From Candidatus Moranbacteria bacterium GW2011_GWC2_40_12 (GTDB lineage: Bacteria > Patescibacteriota > Minisyncoccia > Moranbacterales > UBA11712), in contig LBYD01000004.1 in the NCBI GenBank assembly GCA_000995965.1, positions 23,711 to 87,710 of the forward strand: a stretch of DNA of 64,000 nt, read 5' to 3'. This document shows, one piece after another, positions 56,904-64,000 of this stretch (positions are counted from its first letter, which is position 1; each line of letters opens with the position of its first letter). The notes under the pieces are model-generated. The model was not told where the DNA came from. It made no database searches and was given only the letters and a program-made list of their open reading frames with translations. The translations under genes were made by a program, and so were the position numbers.

Positions 56904-57878
56904 TTATTTGAGAAATATCTTTACTGATTTTTCTATTTGCTGATAGTTTTTCAGCCATTTGATTCTTTTGTCTCGCTTGAACCAGGTCATCTGGCGCTTG
57001 GCGTAATTTTTTTCAGCTTGTGTGACTTTTTCAACGAGTTCTTTTTTTGATATTTTATTTTGCAGATATAAAGGAATCCACAAATAGGCAAGGCCGAAGG
57101 ATTGTATTTTTTTCCAAGACAGACCCTGCTGATGTAATTTTTCAACTTCAGCGATCATGCCTTGCTTGAAACGAGCGAGGACGCGTTTTTCGATATTCAG
57201 ATATAATTTTTCTTTGGGGAGCTTGAGACCAATCTGCAATATCTGGTATCTGGTATTTAGTATCTGGTATTTTTTATTTTTAATCTTAGGCACTTTGCCA
57301 ATTTTTATGGCTATCTCGATTGCTCTAATCAATCTAACTTTATTTTTAGAATCTATATTTTTTGATCTTGCGGAATCTAATTTCTTAAGCATTGTGAATA
57401 ATTTTTCTGCCGAATATCTTTCAAGCTTTTTGCGCAGTTTCCAGTCTGGTTTCACCTCTGGAAAATTCACATCGTCGACAATGGATTGAATCCAAAAACC
57501 TGTCCCGCCGCAAATGATGGGGAGCTTCCCACGCTTCAGAATATCATCAATTATTTTTTCAGATTGTTTCTTGAATTTAGCGACATTGAAGTCGATTTGT
57601 GGACTCACAATATCAATCATGTGGTGGGGGATGCCGTGGGAAAGGAATATTATTTTTTTTGTAGCGAGATCCTTCGGCGCGCTTCGCGTGCTCAGGATGA
57701 CGGGCGTTAGTTTGCCCGTCACTTTTCCAGTTCCGATGTCCATCCCGCGAAATATCTGCCGGCTGTCGGCAGAAATTATTTCACCATTAAACTTCTTGGC
57801 CATTTTAATGGCAATATCGGACTTTCCGGAAGAGGTTGGTCCGAGGATTACGAGAATCTTATTTTTGCTTGAATTCAT
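56904..57878 (-). CDS. miaA: tRNA dimethylallyltransferase
   Basis: ILVILGPTSSGKSDIAI P-loop, ISADSRQIFRGMDIGTGK, PHHMIDI; contains a 9-nt repeat at 57241-57270. Confidence 0.85.
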   Translation of the reverse strand: MNSSKNKILVILGPTSSGKSDIAIKMAKKFNGEIISADSRQIFRGMDIGTGKVTGKLTPVILSTRSAPKDLATKKIIFLSHGIPHHMIDIVSPQIDFNVAKFKKQSEKIIDDILKRGKLPIICGGTGFWIQSIVDDVNFPEVKPDWKLRKKLERYSAEKLFTMLKKLDSARSKNIDSKNKVRLIRAIEIAIKIGKVPKIKNKKYQILNTRYQILQIGLKLPKEKLYLNIEKRVLARFKQGMIAEVEKLHQQGLSWKKIQSFGLAYLWIPLYLQNKISKKELVEKVTQAEKNYAKRQMTWFKRDKRIKWLKNYQQIEKSVKIFLK

Positions 57879-57938
57879 AATTCAAATTTGACGAAATATC
57901 TATAATTGATGTTCAATAATGATAAAGGAGGAAGAGTC

Positions 57939-58103
57939 ATGGCGGAAATTGAATACTATTGTGTTCATAACTGCGGCATGAGAGTTGGCGGGCCTGGAGA
58001 GGTTTGCCAAAGTTGTTCTGGCAGGCATGGAGTTGCACCTCCTCTGAAGCCTTCTTCTCTGCCAAACCCACAAAGTGCTTATCCTTATGATCTTTTCAGG
58101 TAA
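57939..58103 (+). CDS. small zinc-ribbon-like protein (54 aa)
   Basis: SD AAAGGAGGAAG 6 nt before the ATG; CVHNCG...CQSC (two CxxC pairs); opposite strand to the flanking miaA/miaB. Confidence 0.35.
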   Translation: MAEIEYYCVHNCGMRVGGPGEVCQSCSGRHGVAPPLKPSSLPNPQSAYPYDLFR

Positions 58104-58153
58104 GCTTTGCTGTGCCCTTCCGGCGAACTCCTTAATTCGGGGGTTCGCCGCTT

Positions 58154-59617
58154 TTAAATTGCTATTCCTACCAGGCCGAAAGCTTTTGCTTTTGTGATTT
58201 TGACTTTCACGAAACTCCCCAAGCACCAATCCCGCTTCGCGTGATGATGCGGGGCAAGGCAGATGGGTATTTTTTTGTTAGAGGAAAAAAGAACTTTCTT
58301 TTGGGTGCGGGTGTGAGCGAGATATTTGTGTTTATCCAAAGCTCGGCTTTTTCCTTCCGCCGCTTTGGCGCGGCGGAATTCCTCAAAGCCAAGCTTTTTA
58401 TCGATCAAAACCTCAAAAACTTTTCCGAAATATTTTTTGTTGTTCGCGAGCGCGGTTTTGGCGAGGATATCCGTGAGAACCTTTTCGCGGCGGGCCTTTT
58501 CTTTTTTTGACACAGTGTCTTTCAGTTTCCAAGCGGCGGTTTCGGGGCGGGGGGAATACTGGGAGATATAGGCCATGTCGAATTTCAACTCCTTCAAAAA
58601 CTTCGCCGTGTTTTCGAACTGTTTTTTGGTTTCGCCTGGGAAACCGACGATGATGTCAGTGGAGATGCAGGGGCTGATTCCGGGTTTATATTTTTTATAA
58701 ACGTTGATGACTTTCTTGATAAGTTTTTTATAATGTTCAATTGTGTATTTGCGGTTCATTCGTCTAAGTATTTCATTGTCTCCCGATTGGGCGGGGAGTG
58801 AAATATACTCGCAAACTTTCTTTGCCTTGGCAATTGTTTCGATCAGTTCGTCCGACATGTCTTTGGGATGGGATGTAAGGAAAGTCAGCCAGAAATTGCC
58901 CGGGATTTGTTCAATGAGGCGGAGGAGTTTGGGGAAACCGATAGTTGGATCCTCCTTCACTAAAGCTTCGGAGGATGAATTCTTTTTGCTGTCGCAATAA
59001 GAATTCACATTCTGGCCCAGCAGGATAATTTCTTTATATCCTTTCTTAATCAAATTTTTTACCTCATAGAGGATATCTTTGGCGGGCCGGGAATATTCAC
59101 GTCCGCGGGCATAAGGGACGACACAATAGGCGCAGAAATTGTCGCAGCCGGTCATTATCGGCACGTATGCCGTGTATGGTTTTGCATAGTCGGGCTTAAT
59201 TTTAAGATAGTCGTTATATATTTTATGGCGAGAAGAATTTTGAATTGCGAAACGTGAATTGGAAATAAATTTGGAGATATCTGACGGAAAATCATTAATG
59301 GTCGTGAATAGATTTACTTTTCTTTTCAGTCTTCTTTGCACGTCTTTGCGATGGGCGAGACAGCCGGTGAGGATGATTATTTTCTCCGGATGTTTTTTCC
59401 GGATGTTATGGATCTGGCCATACACTCGGTCCTCGGCGGTTTGGCGCACGCCGCAAGTGACGAAAATGATTAAGCCCGCCGACGCTAAAGCTTTGGCGGG
59501 TGAATCCGCCTCGTTTTTAAAAGCTGGTTCAAGGCCCAGCTTTTCTAAAATCGTAGAAATTCTTTCGGCATCGGAATAATTCATCTGGCAGCCGAATATT
59601 TTCATGAAATATTGCAT
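58154..59617 (-). CDS. miaB: tRNA-2-methylthio-N6-dimethylallyladenosine synthase (MiaB-type methylthiotransferase)
   Basis: MTTase N-domain GCQMNYSDAE, radical SAM CDNFCAYCVVP, C-terminal TRAM domain; the TRAM region carries an in-frame copy of the MITE-like repeat (58336-58397). Confidence 0.85.
   Translation of the reverse strand: MQYFMKIFGCQMNYSDAERISTILEKLGLEPAFKNEADSPAKALASAGLIIFVTCGVRQTAEDRVYGQIHNIRKKHPEKIIILTGCLAHRKDVQRRLKRKVNLFTTINDFPSDISKFISNSRFAIQNSSRHKIYNDYLKIKPDYAKPYTAYVPIMTGCDNFCAYCVVPYARGREYSRPAKDILYEVKNLIKKGYKEIILLGQNVNSYCDSKKNSSSEALVKEDPTIGFPKLLRLIEQIPGNFWLTFLTSHPKDMSDELIETIAKAKKVCEYISLPAQSGDNEILRRMNRKYTIEHYKKLIKKVINVYKKYKPGISPCISTDIIVGFPGETKKQFENTAKFLKELKFDMAYISQYSPRPETAAWKLKDTVSKKEKARREKVLTDILAKTALANNKKYFGKVFEVLIDKKLGFEEFRRAKAAEGKSRALDKHKYLAHTRTQKKVLFSSNKKIPICLAPHHHAKRDWCLGSFVKVKITKAKAFGLVGIAI
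58336..58397. repeat. MITE-like nested-hairpin repeat, copy F (inside the miaB CDS)
   Basis: On the - strand: AAAGCTTGGCTTTGAGGAATTCCGCCGCGCCAAAGCGGCGGAAGGAAAAAGCCGAGCTTTGG, the same termini as copies A-D with a different inner hairpin; translated in frame as ~LGFEEFRRAKAAEGKSRALDK. Confidence 0.65.
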
Positions 59618-59618
59618 G

Positions 59619-61418
59619 CTACTTTTTTTCCTGAATTTGCTTTCTGGCTTTTTCCAAAAACCTTTCAATCTTCATGGCGCCGATGTCTCCTTTCTCGCGA
59701 TCGCGGACGGCGACGGTTTTGGTCTTCATCTCTTTTTCTCCGACAATAAGCATATAATTGATTTTTTCATATTGCGCGTTGCGGATGCGCTTGCCGAGCG
59801 ATTCGGATGATTCGTGGATAACGGAGCGAATATTTTTTTCTGAAAGGAGCGAATTTATCTCTGTTCCGTATTTTTGAAATTTGTCGCTGACCGGGATAAC
59901 TTCAACCTGAATGGGGGCGATCCAAAACGGAAAAGCTCCAGCATAATGTTCGGTTAAAATTCCGATAAAACGCTCAAATGAGCCAAAAACTGCGGCGTGA
60001 ATCATGACCGGGATAGCCGGTTTGCCTTTTTCGTCTGTATATTCCAAACCGAATCTTTGCGGCATTTGGAAGTCAAGCTGGATAGTCGCCAGTTGCCAGT
60101 TTCGTCCCAGCGCGTCCTTGATTTCAATGTCGATTTTCGGGCCGTAAAAAGCCCCGTCTTTTTCCTTGATTCCGAATCTGACTCTCTCTTTTTTGAGAGC
60201 GTTTGAAAGATTTTTCTCGGCCAGATCCCATTCTGATTTTTTGCCCATATAATCATCCGGGCGGGTAGAAAGAAAAAATTGCGGTTCGATACCAAACGCG
60301 GGATAATATTCCTTGACCATCCGGAGGAGGCCTGCAATTTCTTTCTCAACTTGCTGTGGTAAACAGAAAATGTGCGAATCATCTTGAGTGAGATAACGCA
60401 CGCGGAGAAGGCCGTTGAGCTCGCCCGATTTTTCATTCCGCATAATGCGGCCTATTTCAGAAAAACGGATCGGCAGGTCGCGGTATGATTTCGTTCTCTC
60501 CTTATACATCAAAATATTAAACGGGCAGTCCATCGGTTTGAGGCAATAGGTTTCGCTTTCACTTTTGATGGAGAACATACTGTCCTTGTAGTGGTCCCAG
60601 TGGCCAGATTGCTTCCAGAGGATATTTTTGGCAATAAGGGGAGTTTGGATTTCTTGAAAGCCGTATTTTTTGCGAAGTCTTTTTCCGAATTGCTCAAGCT
60701 CATTCCAAATCGTCATGCCCTTGGGATGCCAGAAGGCTGAACCGGGAGATTCGGCATGGAAAGAAAAGAGGCCAAGATCGCGCCCAATTTTTTTGTGGTC
60801 GCGCTTTTCAGCTTCGGCAAGCATAGCAAGATAGTTTTTCAGTTCTTTTTCCGTTGTGAAAGCCACGCCATAAATTCTTTGGAGCATTTTATTTTTTTCA
60901 TCACCTTTCCAGTAGGCTCCTGAAATCTTCGTCAGCTTGAAGGATCGCAAATTTATTTCCCCCGTTGATTCCAAATGCGGGCCTAAGCAGAGATCAACAA
61001 AATTCCCGGTTCTAAAAACAGCCACAGTCGCAAGTTTTGAATTTTCTCTCTTGATATCCTTTATCAGTTCAAGCTTGTAGGGCTGCTTGGCTTTTTTGAA
61101 ATCTTTCAAGGCCTCGGAAAATGACAAATTTGCTTTTTCGAATTTATGATTCGCTTTGATAATCCGGAACATTTTTTCTTCAAGTATATCGAGGTCTTCC
61201 GGAATAAGGGTTCGTGGCAGGTCAAAGTCATAATAGAAACCATTTTCCACTGCCGGACCAACTCCGAACTTGGCGTCGGGAAACATCTCATATACAGCCG
61301 CGGCCAGGACGTGGGCAAGCGAATGGCGAAGAATCTCAATTCTTTTGGTCTTTTCCATCCTATTATATATTATCGGATTATATTCCAGGTAAAAAATACC
61401 TGTTTCCCGCGACATCAT
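59619..61418 (-). CDS. thrS: threonine--tRNA ligase (short form lacking the N1/TGS extension)
   Basis: Class II aaRS motifs, editing-domain HSLAHVL, zinc-site residues, C-terminal anticodon-binding domain; the start could be the downstream MEKTKR. Confidence 0.9.
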   Translation of the reverse strand: MMSRETGIFYLEYNPIIYNRMEKTKRIEILRHSLAHVLAAAVYEMFPDAKFGVGPAVENGFYYDFDLPRTLIPEDLDILEEKMFRIIKANHKFEKANLSFSEALKDFKKAKQPYKLELIKDIKRENSKLATVAVFRTGNFVDLCLGPHLESTGEINLRSFKLTKISGAYWKGDEKNKMLQRIYGVAFTTEKELKNYLAMLAEAEKRDHKKIGRDLGLFSFHAESPGSAFWHPKGMTIWNELEQFGKRLRKKYGFQEIQTPLIAKNILWKQSGHWDHYKDSMFSIKSESETYCLKPMDCPFNILMYKERTKSYRDLPIRFSEIGRIMRNEKSGELNGLLRVRYLTQDDSHIFCLPQQVEKEIAGLLRMVKEYYPAFGIEPQFFLSTRPDDYMGKKSEWDLAEKNLSNALKKERVRFGIKEKDGAFYGPKIDIEIKDALGRNWQLATIQLDFQMPQRFGLEYTDEKGKPAIPVMIHAAVFGSFERFIGILTEHYAGAFPFWIAPIQVEVIPVSDKFQKYGTEINSLLSEKNIRSVIHESSESLGKRIRNAQYEKINYMLIVGEKEMKTKTVAVRDREKGDIGAMKIERFLEKARKQIQEKK

Positions 61419-61519
61419 TCCTCAATACTGCTATGATGATGTCATCTCGCGGGATAATTTTTTTCAAAACTTGTAATATTATACTAATATTAATCCGGCT
61501 TACTTGCAAGGTTTTGTGA

Positions 61520-62377
61520 GTGAGATACAATAAAGACATGACTCATTTCCAGCGTACGATAAAAAGGGCGGTGATAGTTCTAATATACCTGATAATCTTA
61601 TGCGCAATAGGGACGGCTGCCTTCTTTCTTTTCCGCACTAAGCCGACCTGCACTGACGGGAAGCGCAACCAAAGCGAAGAAAGGATTGATTGCGGAGGGC
61701 CGTGCCAAAAATGCGAGGAGATTCCAAAAATAGAAAACGCTCAAATACTCGAGAAAAGCATAGTTTCATCCAGATTGAACACATATGACGCCCTCGTGAA
61801 AATAGAAAATCCAAATTCTCTTTTTGGGATTGAGAATCTGGAATATTCATTCAATTTTCTGGATGAAAGCGGTAAGATCATTGCCCAAAAGGAAGGGACG
61901 AGTTTTCTCCTTCCGGCTGAAACGAAATATATTTTTGTTTTCAACGCGGATCTCGTTGAAAAACCTGTTTCCCTTGATTTCAGAATAAAGTCGTATAGGT
62001 GGCAGAAATTTTCTGAGTATGAAGAGCCGAACATTGCATCTTATCAGAAAGAATTCATTTTTGTCAGCGGTGGTCCCGAATTTGCCCAACTAAAATTGAA
62101 GATTCAAAATAAAAGCGGATACGATTTCCGGAAAATCACCACCAAAACCGTATTGCGGGATCACCAAGGAAATCCGGTGGCCGTCAACGAAACAAACAAC
62201 AATGACGTGAGAATCAACGAGGAAAGGGATGTTGTTTTTCACTGGAGCGAGCCTTTTGCCCAAGACATTGACGTCCAAAATATCGAAGTCGAGGAAGAAG
62301 TCAATGTTTTCAGCGACGAGAATTTTATGAAAAAATACGGTTCGCCCGGCCAATACGATAGTTACGAATCAAATTAA
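61520..62377 (+). CDS. hypothetical membrane-anchored extracytoplasmic protein
   Basis: N-terminal TM helix, Cys cluster (CTDG...CGGPCQKC), then a soluble domain; unknown function. Confidence 0.5.
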   Translation: MRYNKDMTHFQRTIKRAVIVLIYLIILCAIGTAAFFLFRTKPTCTDGKRNQSEERIDCGGPCQKCEEIPKIENAQILEKSIVSSRLNTYDALVKIENPNSLFGIENLEYSFNFLDESGKIIAQKEGTSFLLPAETKYIFVFNADLVEKPVSLDFRIKSYRWQKFSEYEEPNIASYQKEFIFVSGGPEFAQLKLKIQNKSGYDFRKITTKTVLRDHQGNPVAVNETNNNDVRINEERDVVFHWSEPFAQDIDVQNIEVEEEVNVFSDENFMKKYGSPGQYDSYESN

Positions 62378-62386
62378 AGGTATTGC

Positions 62387-63481
62387 ATGATTAGATCTTT
62401 ATACAAATTTGACTGGGTTTTGTTTTCGGCTCTGGTTCTTCTTTTGGGCTTAAGTTTGGCGGTTCTTTATCCTATCAGTTACTCAGGCGCAAAAGAAATA
62501 CCGGACCAGAGTCATTTTTTGAGGCAATCGATTTTTGCGATCATGGGACTGGCCGCTTTTTTTGTCTTTGCGTTCTTCGATTACAGGAGCCTCAAGAATT
62601 ATTCAACTGTTTTATACGTTTTGGGATTTTTGCTTCTTCTTGCCGTTCTGATTTTCGGAAAAGTGGTTCGGGGAACTACGGGTTGGATTGGAATTAGCGG
62701 GGTTCATCTGCAGCCCGTCGAACCCTTCAAGATTATCGCGGCGATACTCCTGGCAAAATACTTTTCCCTCCACTTAAGAAGCATAGGGGATTATAAGCAT
62801 ATTTTGATTTCCCTTGCTCCGGTGGCAATCTCTATATTCCTGGTGATCAAGCAACCTGATTTCGGATCAGCTTTTGTCATTTTTTTTCTCTGGATTTCCA
62901 TTCTGGTGATGAGCGGAGTAAACAGGAAACACCTCCTTGTCTTGTTTTCAATTTTGCTGATAGTTGCCCTTTTAGGATGGAACTTTTTTCTCAAGGGATA
63001 CCAAAAAGAAAGAGTAACGACGCTTTTTAGCGCATCTTCTGATCCGTTGGGTGCCGGATACAACGTGCTTCAGTCGACGGTAGCAGTTGGGTCAGGAGGA
63101 ATTTTGGGAAAGGGGCTTGGGCATGGTTCTCAAAGCCAGCTGAATTTTTTGCCGGAAAAACACACCGATTTTATATTTGCGGTTGTGGCCGAAGAGCTGG
63201 GTTTTGGCGGAGCGGTTTTCGTTCTTGTCCTGATTTCAGTTGTTCTCTCAAGATTCATAAAAATCGCACTGAATAGCCGCGACAATTTTGGGAAGCTGCT
63301 GGTTGGCGGCGCGGCCAGCATCGTTTTTGTACATTCGCTGATTAATATTGGAATGAACATTGGGGTGATGCCGGTAACGGGAATACCCCTGCCTTTTTTG
63401 AGTTACGGAGGAAGTTCTCTGGTTACCTTGATGGCCGCTGCGGGAATGGCAGAAAGCGTCTGCCGGATAAATCGAAGTTAG
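62387..63481 (+). CDS. SEDS-family peptidoglycan glycosyltransferase (FtsW/RodA)
   Basis: 10-TM architecture with the conserved GWIGISGVHLQPVEPFKI and PLPFLSYGGSS motifs. Confidence 0.8.
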   Translation: MIRSLYKFDWVLFSALVLLLGLSLAVLYPISYSGAKEIPDQSHFLRQSIFAIMGLAAFFVFAFFDYRSLKNYSTVLYVLGFLLLLAVLIFGKVVRGTTGWIGISGVHLQPVEPFKIIAAILLAKYFSLHLRSIGDYKHILISLAPVAISIFLVIKQPDFGSAFVIFFLWISILVMSGVNRKHLLVLFSILLIVALLGWNFFLKGYQKERVTTLFSASSDPLGAGYNVLQSTVAVGSGGILGKGLGHGSQSQLNFLPEKHTDFIFAVVAEELGFGGAVFVLVLISVVLSRFIKIALNSRDNFGKLLVGGAASIVFVHSLINIGMNIGVMPVTGIPLPFLSYGGSSLVTLMAAAGMAESVCRINRS

Positions 63482-63650
63482 GAAGCAGGCTTGCCCCGCA
63501 ACACAAAAAACTTAAAAATACGTATTTTGGCTATATATAAATTATAGATGGCGCTCCAAAGAATAAATAATAAGTTTGTGGTTCGGGGCTTGCCAAAGAT
63601 TGGTAATGATGTTATCTTCTTAGAGTGGTATTTTTATTGATAAAAAAGAA

Positions 63651-64000
63651 ATGACTTCAAGCTTGATACTGAAAGCCGAGACAAGAAAAAAAGAGGGAAA
63701 AAAAACGGATGCGCCGCTGGGCACTATTCCGGGCGTTTTGTATGGACGGGGAATCAAAAACGTTCTGCTCTGGTTCAGCCGGAGAGAATTCAATCGCATT
63801 CGAGAAGAAGCGGGTGAAAGCACTATTTTCAAGATTCAGCTTCCAGACGGCGATGAGCGAAATGTGCTGATAAAGGAAATCCAAAGAGATATTTTGAATG
63901 GAAAACCGACCCATGTTGATTTTTATCAAGTCCGAATGGATGAAAAAATTGAGGCGAATGTGGAGTTGGATTTTGTCGGTGAATCACAGGCCGTGAAAGA
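63651..64000 (+). CDS. rplY: 50S ribosomal protein L25 / Ctc (3' truncated by the window end)
   Basis: LKAETRKKEGK...LGTIPGVLYGRG...L25 N-terminal domain; runs off the window. Confidence 0.75.
   Translation, partial: MTSSLILKAETRKKEGKKTDAPLGTIPGVLYGRGIKNVLLWFSRREFNRIREEAGESTIFKIQLPDGDERNVLIKEIQRDILNGKPTHVDFYQVRMDEKIEANVELDFVGESQAVK

Noticed and set aside
1-64000. Insertion sequences / transposases, rRNA genes, secondary-metabolite clusters
   Set aside because: No DDE-transposase, rRNA-like or PKS/NRPS-like sequence was recognised. The two dispersed repeat families are short non-autonomous elements without a recognisable coding capacity, though their copy F is read in frame inside miaB.

Overview
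The window is low-GC (~38-40%), gene-dense and lacks sigma/IS elements; the gene content looks like a Candidate Phyla Radiation (Patescibacteria-type) bacterium. It has three parts.

1. About 5.8-27.7 kb is one large cell-surface glycan locus: a Wzx-like flippase, at least seven GT2/GT4 glycosyltransferases, a hexapeptide acetyltransferase, a TPR/PMT-like membrane protein, at least eight separate class I SAM methyltransferases and two B12-binding radical SAM enzymes.

2. About 29.3-34.6 kb holds a complete diversity-generating retroelement (DGR).
- The target gene carries a C-terminal variable region (VR).
- A template repeat (TR) differs from the VR only at TR adenines, at 12 of 12 internal mismatches.
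- An Avd four-helix-bundle gene sits on the opposite strand.
- A DGR-type reverse transcriptase carries the YCDD and LGNLTSQ motifs.
- An HRDC-domain::XseA (exonuclease VII large subunit) fusion and XseB follow immediately, and a HepT/MntA toxin-antitoxin pair precedes the element.

3. The rest is housekeeping: guaA, rplT-rpmI-infC, tmRNA plus smpB, argS, two tRNAs, an ABC-2 transporter, a bacterial Elp3 homologue, lexA, dCMP deaminase, a dCTP-deaminase-like gene, tmk, gatB, pyrB, miaA-miaB-thrS, a SEDS protein and rplY.

Other features are two intergenic repeat families (a nested-hairpin MITE-like element in 5-6 copies, one inside miaB, and a TACGAAT palindromic family), heptanucleotide tandem repeats, a G12 tract at the avd/RT junction, leader-peptide/terminator units, and four small cysteine-rich ORFs with strong Shine-Dalgarno (SD) sites.
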